A stretch of 64,000 nucleotides of DNA, taken from Octopus sinensis. Its lineage: Eukaryota. The notes beneath the pieces are model-generated. The model was not told the DNA's origin. It ran no database searches and was given only the letters and a program-made list of their open reading frames with translations. The position numbers and the translations under genes are program-made. Where the stretch lies: contig NC_042997.1 of the NCBI RefSeq assembly GCF_006345805.1, forward strand, positions 992,001 to 1,056,000, written 5' to 3'. Shown in pieces: positions 1-13,519 of the stretch. Numbering within the stretch: position 1 is the stretch's first letter; each line of letters begins with the position of its first letter.

Positions 1-474
1 GGCAAAAGCATTGACGAGCTGTCACAAACTAAAGAAAGTTTGGAACTCTAGGCGGCCCAGGCAAATCAAAATCAAGCTGTTAATTGCAACTGTCGAAACA
101 GTGCTATTATATGGCACTGACAAACGGGCTAAATGGATGCTACATAAGGATGTTTCGAATGGCTCTCAATGTGAAATGGCAGCAACATATAACTAAAGAA
201 TGTCTTATGGAGATATACCGAAAGTTAGTGAGAAGATTAGGTAAAGGCGGTTGCGAATATTTGGTTACTTTGTGCGCCATCCTGAACTAGAAAAATCCAA
301 ATTAGTTTTATAAACAGACTTCCTGGTGAGGTAAGAAGAGGAAATCGTCGTCACACTTACATCGACAACCACATTATAAACAGTGGCCTAGTATGTATCT
401 ACGAAATGGAGGCAGTGACGATGGACCGAGAGGTGTGACAGGTAGACTTTGTTGCTGCAGCCCAGGTTGCCGCA
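1..474 (+). mobile_element. RTE-clade LINE, 3' RT fragment (decayed)
   Basis: Frameshifted translation gives KIKLLIATVETVLLYG, MFRMALNVKWQQHITKE and GEVRRGNRRHTYID, typical of RTE/RTE-X C-termini. Abuts the Helitron-like element at 475. Confidence 0.7.
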
Positions 475-836
475 TCTTTATATATATGTGTGTCTGTCTC
501 CTACGATTTAGATTCCTAACTACTCCCACATTTTGCGGTGCAGTTCAACCAAAACCGGTTATCTTATAGTCATGATTCATATTGAGCCCTTCTGGGTATT
601 AGCGCGCGTCTACGATGAGTCTACGATTTAAAAAAAAAATTACATCATTTTTTTTCCATTTTATTGCATTTTCCCGCTATTATATAAAGGAAGTAACTCT
701 CTAAAAATGTCTACGATAAGTCAACGATTAAAAAAAAAAATACCATCATGTTTTTACTATTTTTGGCTATAACTCTCTAAAATGCTTATATAGTTATTTC
801 CCTTACAAACCCGAGCAACGCCTGCGATACTGCTAG
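475..836 (+). mobile_element. Non-autonomous Helitron-like element
   Basis: Starts TC (tctttatatat) after an A, ends CTAG (833-836) before a T. Subterminal imperfect hairpin cccgagcaacgcctgcg. No TSD, as expected for Helitrons. Confidence 0.7.
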
Positions 837-869
837 TTTAAAATTAAAATTAGGGCACGTGAAGCCATG

Positions 870-1240
870 GCAAGCACGTTAATAACATGTGTAGCAGCAA
901 ATGAGTCCCAACCAAGTTAAAAAGAATGCTAGTTACAGCGCTTATTTGGACAAGTTAGACTTATAATTGAGAAACATAGAGTTTGAACAAATTTGAAGAG
1001 AATATCATCAGCGCGTTCAAATCATAAGTTAATACGGGAATGTTACGTGTCTCTTACAAGGACCAGAGGACAGATGAATGAGTGTTAAAACAAGTAGGTG
1101 AAAGACGACAACGCCTGAATATTATGAAACGAATCAAAACTCATATAGCCATAAAAGTGTGGCCACACTGGAAGACGCAGTGGTCTGAAAAATATTATCA
1201 TGGAAGGATGACAAAAGTGGCAAGGCCACAGGAAAATGTT
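870..1240 (+). mobile_element. RTE-clade LINE 3' fragment (decayed)
   Basis: MLRVSYKDQRTDE*VLKQVGERRQRLNIMKR...HGRMTKVARPQ resembles the RTE post-RT region (MLxISWxxxxTNEEVL...GxRxRGRP). Confidence 0.55.
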
Positions 1241-1359
1241 AACTTAATCAAGGAGACACTTGTTGTTGTGTCGTCAATGCGCTGCAGGCGTACCATACAT
1301 GACGTGATTTATATACATGCTTATGTATTTAATATATATATATACGTAATGTATGCACC

Positions 1360-1620
1360 TGTGTAGTAAGTTTGTTTCCCAATCACGTAGTCCCAGGTTC
1401 AGGTCAACTGCATGATACTTTTGGCAAGAGTCTAGTACTGTAGATTCGGTCGTCGGGCGAAGCCTTGCCAGTGGCTTTTGTCGTCGATGTCTTATATATA
1501 TATATATATATATTATACGTCCCCGTAACTTAGCGGTTTCAGGCGCAAAAATAGTAAAAATTCCCAGGCGTTGCCCCAGCATGGGCGCGGCTTTACTAAC
1601 TGAAACAGGTAAGAGATATT
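1360..1620 (+). mobile_element. Degenerate tRNA-derived SINE
   Basis: Head (gtagtaagtttgtttcccaatcac...caggttcagg) and tail (gtaacttagcggttt...ccagcatgg...actgaaacaggtaagag) align by eye with the reverse complement of the SINE copies at 15075-16296 and 48693-49069, with a TA run in the same internal position. Confidence 0.6.
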
Positions 1621-1639
1621 AGATAAAATAAAACATAAC

Positions 1640-1830
<191 letters not shown>

Positions 1831-2254
1831 TATACGTATGAGCTTATGTCACGCAAATTTTGTATTATGAAAATGCATTGAAAAATATTTAATTTCCCGT
1901 GGTTACTATGCATTTCTGTTGAAATATCACTTCGTGTCAATATATTTTCTCTAACCTAATTTTCAATTGATCATCTATCTCTCTTACCTACTACTTTCTC
2001 TTGTTCATTATATTTCATTTCTTCAGTTTCCACTGGTTCAATTGAAATTGTTTCCTGTTGCATTATCATACTCTGACTTGGAAGTATACTTAAGATTTTT
2101 TTCTCCATTTGTTGCTTTTTCTTTATATTCTTCCTATTACGATACTCTATTCCGTTCCAACATATCATTTCTTGAACTTCCCTTTCTTAGCTGAAGTCAG
2201 TATCAGTACACTGCAAATAATACTTTATTTTTTAAAAGTTTAATATTATTCATA

Positions 2255-2376
2255 TTGCTCTCTCTCTCTCTCTCTCCCTCATACTCTCTCTCTGTCTCAC
2301 CACACACACATGCATACATACATATATGTATATATGTATATATATATATATTATATATATATATATATATTACATA

Positions 2377-2409
<33 letters not shown>

Positions 2410-2495
2410 GTATAAATCTGTATATATGCATCTACATGCATTACATACATACATTACATACATACATACACACACATATATATATATATATATAT
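2255..2495. repeat. (CT)n/(TA)n/(CATA)n compound microsatellite
   Basis: Directly visible. Confidence 0.95.
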
Positions 2496-2499
2496 GCAC

Positions 2500-3070
2500 A
2501 CCAGGGGGTACCCAAAAGAAACAGGAACTTTGCAACAATATTTTATTCCCTTACTTTTACGTGTTTATATTTTTGCCGCCTTCAAAGTAATTCTTCATTG
2601 GAATCAATGCATCCGTCCAGACTCATGTTCGAAGGAGTTCTCGAAGTCTTACAAAATCATAATTTTTAACGCCTTCCATCGTTTTTTTTTTCTTTTCCAT
2701 CGCTTCCGAATCTGCAAAGCATTTTCCTTTCAGGCCTTTTGTCATTCGGAAGAACAAATAAAAGTAGGGAGCAAGATCGGGTGAATATGTAGGATGGGTA
2801 AGCGGGGTCATTCCATTTTTGGTCAGAAACTGTCTGACATTCAAGGCGGTGTGCGCAGGCGCATTGTCATAAGGAATCTATCCCTCTCCACTTTGTCACA
2901 GATTGGAGCGTTTTCGTCTCAGATCAGCCAAATAAAACCAGCTGGTTAGCAGTTTGACCAAGAGGACCAAAGTCTGTGAGGCAAACTCTTTCGCATCGAT
3001 GAAACAAACCAGCATCGCCTTGAGATTGGATTTCACTTGACGCGCTTTTGTGGGGCGTGGTGTCATCGGA
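2500..3070 (-). mobile_element. Mariner transposon, C-terminal transposase remnant
   Basis: Minus strand gives VKVMLVCFIDAKG, LYDNAPAHTALNVRQFL and HPTYSPDLAPY (mariner motifs). TIR-like end cagggggtacccaaaag at ~2502. Confidence 0.85.
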
Positions 3071-3169
3071 TGCTTCCATTGACTTGGTTACACGCAGGCA
3101 TACACATATATAGGTGAATACAAAATGATCTACAAAAGAAACATCGCACACATACTATATATATTAATA

Positions 3170-4335
3170 CACTGCCACAGAATTGACTGAAAAGAGCTAG
3201 TTAAGAAATCGTTCTTTCCTAATGATAACACCTCATTTTCTGAAACATGTTTGACGTCACATGGTGTCACGTAATGACGGAGTGTCTTGGATCCAAAAAA
3301 GTGAACTCAATATCCAATTTGACCACCATTAGCGTTGATTACCCCCAGGCATTTTCTGCACAATGAATGCATCAAACGATTGATGAAAGCCATGGGAATA
3401 ACAGCCCACACTGTTAAAACTTGTAGTGAATTGTGCTGCAGTTGCCAGACTTGGACGGATGTCATTTACCCTTCTTTGGATTTCCTCCCACAAGTGCCCT
3501 ATAGGGTTCAAGTCATTGTCTGGATCTTGTGTTGCTGGAGGAAGTCTGTTTTCAACCTGGCAATATGGGCACGGGAGTTCTCTTGTTGGGAAACGTGATT
3601 CCTATGACGGGTGAAATATGACACAACGTTTGGTCTATGTAGCGAACAGCGGTTACTTCACCGCCCCGGCCTTGGCTGATGTTTTGGAAGACCAACGGTC
3701 CAGGTTTCTGTTTGAGTGCAATCCTACCCCATACCATGATGCTCCATCCTCCCCATGAGTCTCTGTCCATCACACTGCCATCGGCATGACGCTGACCCTT
3801 TCTCCAAACCCTAGCTCTGTCATCTGCCACAGAAGTGCAATATCGACTTTTGTCAGAGAAGATACTGTCATCGCCGGTTCTGACATTTTGGAGCCCCCTG
3901 CAGACGTGCCCGTCAGTGACGATCTGTAAGAATGGGGTTGTTAGCCAGACGTCGACATAAGATATTGAGTGATTTCAGCCGGCAGCGAACTGTCTCTGCT
4001 GAAATAGGTCTGCGGTGAGTCCCTAAACTCGACCTCGCTTATTCCGTTGTCCTCCGGGATCGGTCCTGCTAGTGCTGTCAACGCAGGTGGTGATATTGAC
4101 GTGCCGTTGTAACCCGCGATCGGCCAGTGAGTGGACGAACATCTGTGTTGTTTGTGGCTTGGTTCTTTCCCTCAGTCGCTCGGTTGTTCGAATACTGCAG
4201 TTCAAGTCATTAGCAATGACCTGTGGACATTGACCTGCATGGAGACGTACGATGGCTTGCTCCTGCCGATTTTATGTCAGTCTTGGCATTCTTACCGCGT
4301 TCGGGAAACGAGTGAATTTCTTTATTGTCCACTAG
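3170..4335 (-). mobile_element. Tc1-family transposon, decayed near-full-length transposase
   Basis: Minus-strand fragments in order: CSIRTTERLRER (HTH region), IFSDKSRY (first D), GGWSIMVWG, FPQQENSRAH, LNPIGHLWEEI (E motif). TA-cactg end at 3168-3174. Confidence 0.85.
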
Positions 4336-4519
4336 GGGCCAACATAGATAGGGACAATACAATATGGGGTCAGATGTACGAATACTTTTACAATAAAATG
4401 CGTCTAAAAATTGACATTTATAACATTTATCGAATGAAAGTAAACAACACAAAAGACACAACAAATGGAGAGGTACTTGGGTTTAGCTCCGACCCCGCGA
4501 GCCCCAACCACCTCTGATA

Positions 4520-6580
4520 CATTTTAAGACTCATTATGGCCTATCCATTCGGCTACAACCACTCGCGACCTCCGTGCTACATATTTCCACCTTTCATTAA
4601 ACCATTTCTTTGACAGGCAGCTTCTCACCAGCCCTACTTTTATTTTGCAAATGAAAATCAAAATACCTTTGTAAGCCAAGGCCAGAGATGAAGCTGCCTA
4701 TCTTTACTCCTTTCATCCTCGTCTTCCATGCCACCTCTTTCTATATTGCTACTACGATGAGAAAACAATTCTTACCTTAATTTGATTAAAAGTCGGGCGG
4801 GTCAATTTTTATGATTGACTCAGTCGATAGCTGTATGCCCCCCGTACCAGACAACAAGGTGTTCTGTATAAGCCCACATCTACCACACCTTCGGAAATTG
4901 GACAACAGCGTGCTGGTCGGTTTCCCATTCTCCCTTACATCTTGTGCAGGTTGGAGAGTCGCATTGACCATGTCTTGCAAGCTTATCCCAGACAGGCAAG
5001 GCATTTCTGGAACATTGCCAAGTCAAGGACTTTTGGAAGTTATCTAGCGTCCTGAGCCCGAACGAAGGAAAAGAACAGTCTTTCAAGCTGAATAAATCCA
5101 TGACCCAGAGACTTCGCCAGACCATCGTCGCATTCAGCCTCTACCAACCCTCTAAAAAAAATGCTGTGAAACTGCCACCGCTGGCAGCACTGAGCGACAG
5201 AAGAGCAGGCGACCCTTACGGCACTCCGTATGCCAGTCATTCAGTCTTTATCTACGAAAGCACCAACTCAGCGTAAAGTTGACTATCTTGTGGTCAATGT
5301 AGCTGACTGGATAAAACTGTGGATACTTAACTATGCTTTTTTTCTATTTTTCTAATTAGATTTCCTATCTATACACGATCTGGACGACACATCGCTGCTT
5401 GACTATGTGCACAAAGGAGCGGACGTGTATTCCAGCCAATATGTATCTGCTAATTGAAAACGAATTAGCTGATCCCGGAAGACAAAATTTCTTGTTCTAT
5501 TCGATGTCGAGACAACACAATCCACGCGTGCATCGCAGATTGTATTAAATTATCCTAGCAACACTAAAGCATGCGACGTAACAAGAAATTACTCTAGGTC
5601 ACGAAAATATTCACTTTGTTGACCGATTATGTTGGGTGCAACAATCAATAGCAACCAGCCTGATCGAATTACCACCACTAAATATCAAGTCTGGATCAGA
5701 AAAAAAGTCAACTTTTTCTCTGAAACCCGGTTCCGTTACCAAAGGGCCAACACCCCGCCCCACCTGCACCCGACACGTAGTCGTTCAGCAGAGGGAGCAG
5801 ATATCTCGGTCCAGTCAACCGTGTTTCTGTAGCAACAATTACATCTAAATCTCGTGACCTGATGTCATTTAGGAAGCGCCCTTGCTTCCAGCTCGACATC
5901 AATCCACGTATATTTACACAACCGATACGAATAGCATAATGTGCTACCTTAGTTATTCTGTAGTATCTCCACCTCTTCTTTTTATCTCGCTCACAGGATC
6001 AGAGCCGGTAGGTCGTTAAAAATGGAAGGATGAAATTATTTTCTCATTGTCCCAACAGTTTACCTGAATCTATTCTTCAGGATTTTATGACTTTTTAAAT
6101 ATATATCGTAGATTTGTAATTTTTCACACTTGTCTGAGTGTTCACGTACCCTTTCCACTGTCTTCTTCAAATCTAATTCTCTCAGCAACTCCTTGTCCTC
6201 TGTATTAAATGCTGCTAAACCTCTCTCTTTATTCTTTCTCTTAGCTGTTTTTTTCGGCCTCTTGTCTGCAGGCACCGTTTTAGCTGGTATTGTCTGGAAT
6301 ATTTACCTTTTACTTCCTATCTGGTTTTCTTTCTGGCTTTCTTCCTTCTCCTCTCTTTCTTCCACCTCCTCTTCCTCTCCTTCTTTGCATTCAAAGTAGA
6401 TATGCCCCAGCTGGCCGCATTGCAAGCACCATGGTTTTCGTCTCTCCACAAACACAATGCCATCTTTTCACCACTCATCTGACCAATTGAGTTTAGTTTT
6501 CATTGTCATAAACTCACTGCTTCGCAGGTGTTATAAAGTTCCTGCTTCGCCGGCAGATCTCTTTCATGTAAGTGTGAGAA
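4520..6580 (-). mobile_element. Tx1/L1-clade LINE, internally deleted (ORF1 zinc knuckle, APE N-terminus, ORF2 C-terminus)
   Basis: ORF1 knuckle CLQCGQLGHIYFEC (6387-6428). APE start DLDVIVATETRL (5708-5902). C-terminal NALPVWDKLARHG..CTRC..ETDQHAVVQ (4880-5125) and KEVAWKTRMKG..FNERWKYVA (4540-4780). Confidence 0.8.
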
Positions 6581-6624
6581 AGAAATAGAAATCAACAACT
6601 TAAAACCGAACAAGTATATGTATA

Positions 6625-6817
6625 TCACCATTCAGAGTTTTCCTTTCGATAGTGATAGTTGATTCCACATAGGTTGGTGCACAACTTCTGTTACCTGAGT
6701 ACTGTTGATGAGGGCAAAATTGTTCCAGATAGTGGACAAACGGTTCATGCTCTGCTGCAACTGAGCCTCTGCGGTGGCTTTGAGTGCTAAGCCATACGCG
6801 AACAGGATGCCTCGTGC
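6625..6817 (-). mobile_element. RTE (BovB-like) RT fragment
   Basis: Minus strand GILFAYGLALKATAEAQLQQSMNRLSTIWNNFALINSTQVTEVVHQP matches LFADDCAL..E..MQ..MDRFS.AC.NFGLTIS.KKTEV.HQP of RTE/BovB; catalytic DD mutated. Confidence 0.75.
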
Positions 6818-7039
6818 TGGGACCTCTTTCTCAGGACGTGAGAGAGAACTGTACGTATTACTCCACTACGTTTTCTCTGCACTTCATCTTCACTCTTCAT
6901 TCAGTCAACAATTACATTTTATGAAGAAGAGTCAAAGATCGATGCCTCAAGCACACATAAAATTCCTTAAACCGTTAATGACAATAGAAACAATTATAAC
7001 ATCATCTTCTTTGTTGTTGTGGTCATCAATGATTTTGAT

Positions 7040-7043
<4 letters not shown>

Positions 7044-7077
<34 letters not shown>

Positions 7078-7260
7078 ATTACAGAGAAAGAGAGAAGAGA
7101 GAAAGAGAGAAAGGAGTGGAAAGAGAAAGAGGGAAGGGAGACACAGAAAGAGAAGAGACACAGAGAAAGAGATATGTACATAAAGATACATATATGTACA
7201 TACACATGCATACATATATCCACGTACGTGTATGTGTGTGTAGAGTAAGAGAGAGGAGAA
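7044..7260. repeat. (TA)n/(GA)n compound microsatellite
   Basis: Directly visible. Confidence 0.9.
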
Positions 7261-8619
7261 TTATAAAGAGGTACGTTTTATAACATTCTATGAAGTACGA
7301 AAGGAGTGAAAGTGGAAACAGTGACGAGTAACAGGTAGGAGCGAAATAAGCAGCATTTTCCTAGTGTCCCTGATTGAATTTCCAGCGTATAGTTCACTCA
7401 CAACTTTGGAAAGAACTGACTACGTGGCGAATACATTCTTAATATCACCATACTACACGCCATCCATCATAAAAGTCAGTAAGATCTAATGAAGTTACAG
7501 ACTATTTGGGGGGGGGGGGGAAAGCTTGAGTGGAATGCAGAAATACTCTTACGATAATGGTGGAAACCTCCTCAATATTTCTATCTACATGCTGTTATGG
7601 ATCGGACTGATTCCAGGCACATCAGTATGATTCCGTTTGCCGGCACCTCACGCCGTCGTTACTGCCCGGCGTACTACTCCATATGCTAAGTTTTCGTGCT
7701 CACAATATAATCCTGACTTATGCATGTTGTTGCTTTTAAACTTCATCTTACCTTTGCATCGTGTCAATCGCCTTCACGGATTAGAAAAAAAAAATGTTGG
7801 ATAAAAATAGCTTAGATTAGAGTTTTAAAAAGAGGGTTTACAAATGTTTACCAAGTCAGAAATGAAACCTTAATTTAAGAAGACTTATTACAGACATGTT
7901 TAACTGACGAAAATGCAATGAACAATCTGAAAGGTATTAACAACTTGTGGAAAAATTCCTCAGATAAATACTATCTTCATTTAGAGTAAACTAAAATTTG
8001 ACATGAGTTATATTTCTATAAATATTACGAGATACAGAAGTTGCTGCAATATTTATGTATATATTCACTGTGGACTAGAAACTTCTCTTCTGGAAAATAA
8101 TACTGGACAATACGAAAAGAATAAAAGAAAAAATATTCTCCTACTTGAAGATTTTAAGGAAGTCAGCAAATATTAAGATTGTCGGAAATGATAGACAGTT
8201 ATGAAGATAAAACGGAAATAACAACAGGAATAGTGGAAATATCTCAAATATATATGGGGTTTGAAGAGCTCAACTCATAAGAGGAGGGAAGAAATCGCAA
8301 TATTGTGATGATAGTTTTAATAAAAGTACCAGTGCTAGCGCTACCGCCGCTGTTAAGCCTATTACATGGGCTCGCTGTGGCCTTGACAAAGAGTTGTCAT
8401 AGAAATGTGACAATGAAAATAACATCTATTAACTTAACCATTATTGGAAGTGTTAAATTAATTCATATTTGTGTTAATATCGAAAGTGAGAGATTCTAGT
8501 TTCAGGTTTATCACAGTTATAGTACTATTTGACTTAAAGTTGTTTGAAGGTGACAGGTATCTGATACGAATCAGATCCCTGTCGTTCGTCATTTAATTAA
8601 CTACAAATAAGGCCTTTTC

Positions 8620-9545
8620 TTTCGGTAGGATAAAATGTCAAAGAGCTACGGCTGCGCAGAATATTAATGTGCTACAAAAACAAGAAAAACCAGTTGGAAT
8701 CATCTGGATGAAAGAAATGAACAGACTAGTAATGAAATGTTACTTCATCTGGAATAGAATAGGTGAGGGAATGGGCGAAGTAGGATTTGGGAACAAGATA
8801 TACGTATTTCCAGTGATATAACAAAAACAATACTGACTGTTCAAATATCTACCTCAAAATATTATGGCCGTCGATCGAATCCCGAATTAAAATACATAAA
8901 TAGAAAAGCCATTGAGGAACAACGATGGATATAAGGGAAATGGGATGAAGGATATGATGAAAGATGAAGGATAGTGAGAAAGTGTTAACTACCATACCGA
9001 AGAATGTACTGAATTGGATAGAGACGAAATATAATTGAGAATGTGGTGAATATTCAGAGTAATAACGAAATAAAATTAATAGATGTAATATTAAGTGAAA
9101 TTGAACGAAGTAATACTGGGAAACCAGCTAAACTTAGCGAATATAAGAGAAGGACAAGTAAAGGCAGCGTAACTGTTTGGAAAAGGAGCTTAGACATGTG
9201 CCTTGAAGCGCTTAAAACATGAGATGTGTCAAATACAGCTCCTTAAAGTGGGTGTGCTAAGAAAAGAACGAGTTGTTAAAATACAAGACAAAGAGAAGAA
9301 TAAATGCCGAAAGAGGAGAACTGACGCAAAAAGTGACAGTCACAGCTATAATACAGCGATATCAGAATATAATAGACAGTTTCGAAAGAACAAGTTGTTC
9401 CAAAATAATCAGAAGAGATTATTTAAAAACTCAAAATACAAAAAGGCTTGAGTAGAGAGACATAATAGTGTAGAAAGTTTTGGAGTAACACACTCACTCT
9501 CTCTCTCTCACACACACATACACTCACACACATACACACACACAT

Positions 9546-9584
<39 letters not shown>

Positions 9585-11235
9585 TACAGAGAGAGAGAGA
9601 GAGAGAGAAAGAGAGCAAGAAAGGAAGCTGATTAGATAAAAGTAGATGAGTAAATAAGAAGAGCAAAAAAAATGTTAGTATGGCAATCACTCTGGCCAAA
9701 CAAGCTACCAAAATACCTAATCAGAAAACACCCGAGTCACACAGACTACAAGGTTTCTGGCTGAAAAACATTAATAACTTCGGACAAGAAATGACTGAAT
9801 CATCAAATGAGGTGGGGTACCTGAGATCGAATGATTAGGGATAAGTCAACGATGATTATATATATATATATAATAGAGAACAGAAATGTGATGTGTGGAG
9901 GTCTCTAATTACAGACTGATAGCTTGCTTTGCAGTACTATAGAATTTGTTAGCAACTAAGTTCGGAAATCAAATCTATGCACACTTATAGGAACTCACCC
10001 TAATTCTTCCAGAAACAGAAAGTTGCCGGAGAAATCAAGTGGTACAGAAGATGAATTATAATCGAGAAATTGTATATAAGACACTGCAATAGACAAAATT
10101 GACTTATTAGCAATAGGCTAAATTGACTACAGTAAAAATATCACATGGAATTCCATACTTGGATTTTCAAGACATCCAACACTCAAAATACCAAAATTGA
10201 AAAGAAATTGCATTCACTTAGTGGTAAGCATGGGAAATTGGTAAAAGTAATTACAAGCACACCCACTCGGAGAAGTCAAATGGATCAGGTTATCTTCCGA
10301 GGTGACATTCTACCACCTCTACTCTTTATCAATTTACTTATCCCAGTCACTTTAGAGTTAAGAAAAGTAAGAGCTACATATAGACGAGGAGAAAAAGGAG
10401 ATGCTTAACTGTTTGTTATTCGTGGATAACTTAAATCTATACAGCAAAATGGGGAGATAATTGGAGATACATGTCAATACTGTGAGACCTCTTAACATAG
10501 ACATTCGAAATAAATTTTGGATTTCTGTTTCTGGGGCCACTTGATGAAGACGGTAATAGAGTTGAATTGACAGAATAAGCCAGCCAATCAGGGTGTTGAT
10601 AAAGATGACGTTTATAAATATATTTGAGTCATAGAAACTGATGGTTTTAAAAGAATGAATAAAAGATAAAATCGGAAAAGAAAATTTCTGAAGAATAGGG
10701 AGATTATTAAAGTCCAAACTCAATGGCAGGAGTGCTTTGGCTGTCATAAACGCAAAAGCAGTATTCATTATATGGAAGAGCACCGGAAAAATCAAATGGA
10801 ACGAGTAAACCCTGGAAAATGTATTTAGAAAACAAGAAAATTATTGACCATCTACAGGTTACTAACAATGAAAACAAATAGTACTTCAAGAAAGAATGTT
10901 GAAGCGAAAGCAATTGTAAGTGCAGTAATATGTGTATGAGCAGAAGTAGAGAGTTTAAGGAAGTACATATTTGACTGCAAAATTATGCTTTGATAGAAGT
11001 AAGAGGAAAAGATATGTTACCAGCACGATGAAAAATAATGGATGTTCTCGGTGATAGGAACGATACGAATAGAAAAGGGTTTTCGAAATACAGAATTATA
11101 TCGATATCAGAAGGCATTTCAGTGGTTAAAAAATAGGGCTTGTGGTTGGATTCTAGTTACGTAGGATCAATTAGAACAAGATACATTATGGGGAACATAG
11201 ACATAAAATCATTTCTTCTGAATGTAAAATGTTAA
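8620..11235 (+). mobile_element. R4/Dong-clade (RLE) LINE, long decayed copy
   Basis: In order: WMKEMNRLVMKCYF, RQFRKNKLFQNNQKRL, KIPN.KTP..LQGFWLK, NYRLIAC, IDYSK, IFRGDILPPLLF, LLFVDNLNLY, LLKSKLNGR..INAKAV, SIRTRYI. Many stops and frameshifts; microsatellite at 9470-9640. Confidence 0.8.
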
Positions 11236-11498
11236 GAGACGTTTTGGCATACTAATGTATGAGCAGGTGTATCTGTAGCAAGAAAAGAGAACGTCGGACG
11301 ACACGGTTTACTAATAAAATATATATCTTAGTCAAAATCTCTATGTGTATTTTATATGTTTCTTAACCAAACATATAGATTTCACACCTGAGAAATGTTA
11401 CGTTACCTGAGGTAAGCTAGAAAGATTTGACATTTTCGTAAAACAATCATTTTCTAGATAATTGTTCCCTCAAAACATTAGTATTACATAATATTCTG

Positions 11499-11542
<44 letters not shown>

Positions 11543-11649
11543 TAACGGCAGTTTATTGGTCAGTAATATCATTGTCAAAACAATTATTTTATTGTCAAAC
11601 AAATATTTCTAATATTTTATAAAAATATAAACAGTAAAATTATAGCTTT

Positions 11650-13015
11650 AAAAGTATGATTCAGAAAAATAGTTGAACAAAATGCAAACTAGGAGAATTG
11701 AAACGAAGAGTTTGTACCAAGAAGGACAGAATGATACTTAACCCTGAATGCTAAATATCTTCTAAACATTATGAATTTGTTAGTAATTTTTATTTATATT
11801 GTTAAAGATACCACATGCTAATGATAGAGTGCAAATTACTTTGCTAAGAAATATATCTATGTCCCATAATATTCTGTTATAGGAATTTAAGTTTACTTAA
11901 TTAAGCAGCTCTTATTTCAATTTTTAATGCAATATTTTGGAATTTTATTTGCCGAAGTCCATATGAAAGAAGAACACACGGTAAATCAGTCACTTTCACA
12001 TTTAAAATAAATGTATCGTAGTAAGACTGTAGATGACCATTATCAATAGGCATACAAGTAAATCTTATTTGTATTTTAGGACAACCACTATTTAGAGAAA
12101 CCTTTTGGGGGCTTTTTGATGGAAATAAGTTTCGTTGATAAATTATAGTTCTATCTAAGCAAATATATTTTGTAAACTTGCGATGTAATTGTCTTGCGCT
12201 CAACGTGCTACACGTATTTTTTTATCAAAAGTTCTAGCAGATGTATACTCGATTATAATATCAGCCAAATATGGATTTCCTTATATTAAAACACGGGGCA
12301 TTCAATCTACAGTTAGTTAAAATTGACAGTAACTTGAATAGTCCGAAATACATCCAGTTGCTGAATTTGATACCTGATGGGGAGATTTTTCAGCATGACG
12401 GAGATCCGTGCAACAGATCGCGTGAACACAGCACAGTCTGGCCGAGGAAGGTTTTACCGTACTGAATAATTGACCCACTCAGAGCCCTGACTTAAATGTC
12501 ATTGAGCAAATGTGGACAGCACTAAAGAGAAGAGTTCGTCAGAAAAATTCACAAAAAAATTTATGAGTTGTGGGAGCTCAGCCACAGAAAATACCTGGGA
12601 AGATAGTGAAGGATTTGAACGCATCTCTTCCCAAGCGCATTCAAACCATTATTCACGCCAAGGGAAGCCACACGAAATATTAACAATGTACAGTGACTTC
12701 TTGAAATGTACATTATGTAATAAATTTTCATTATAGATATTTTTCTGTTTTAGAACACATTATCTTGATTGGATTATGTAAAGTGGGCGAAAACTTTTGC
12801 ACGGCCACATTTGGTTGTCGTCTCGCATCTTCCTCTCTCATTCAGAACCAATTCTACAAATAAATAGATAAATAAATAAAAATAAGTATAGAAAGGAATC
12901 CAACAGGGCCAATATTTTATCTGTAAAAAAGGCAATGTGAAAGATCCACTTGTAAGTTGGTTATTAGTAGTAATATACAATAGTTTAAAGTGGCCGAAGA
13001 CTTTTGTACGTACTG
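11650..13015 (+). mobile_element. Tc1-family (DD34E) transposon remnant with IR/DR-type right end
   Basis: IFQHDG.PC and QSPDLNVIEQMW motifs. Right end gtggccgaagacttttgtacgtactg|ta (13015), with an inner direct repeat at 12781-12804. Left TIR not found. Confidence 0.8.
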
Positions 13016-13055
13016 TATGTATGTATGTATGTATGTATGTATGTATGTATGCATG
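13013..13055. repeat. (TATG)n microsatellite
   Basis: Directly visible. Confidence 0.9.
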
Positions 13056-13519
13056 CCTGTATGTATTACTTAATATTTTATAGCTTGTATTTTTTGATAG
13101 TTTTCAATTTTCAACGTAAAAATCATCTATTCTGATTTTGTTTTTACATCTGAAAGTATATACTACACTAATTATAATCATGATTATGTAAGTACTATAA
13201 ACCTTAACGATTTATACATGAAAAAAATCCCCTATCTGCAATGTACAATATATAAAGCTGTTAAGACGCATCTACTGGGTAATTGACAGTCTGCTGGTGA
13301 GACTGATAGCTATTGTATGCAGTTGGAAAACTAGTGATTACTTATATCCTATTGAATCTCACACAAAGATTACCTCAATTTCTTGTTAAAACAAGTACAG
13401 CAGTGTATATGTTTCTGGAAAGATCTTTTGCTTCATCGGTTTTTACCTGGAATCTTACTTCAGTTTCGTTTTGGGATTTGGTCTGCAAGATTCTTTGTAT
13501 GAGTTCGTGTATTGAAGCT

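Noticed and set aside
7600-7700. Possible HDV-like ribozyme (cacctcacg...gctaag)
   Set aside because: P1, P2 and P3 pairings could not be assembled.
7830-8330. Purine-rich stretch with faint endonuclease- or RT-like words (NILLLEDF, YMGFEE)
   Set aside because: Too decayed to assign to a family.
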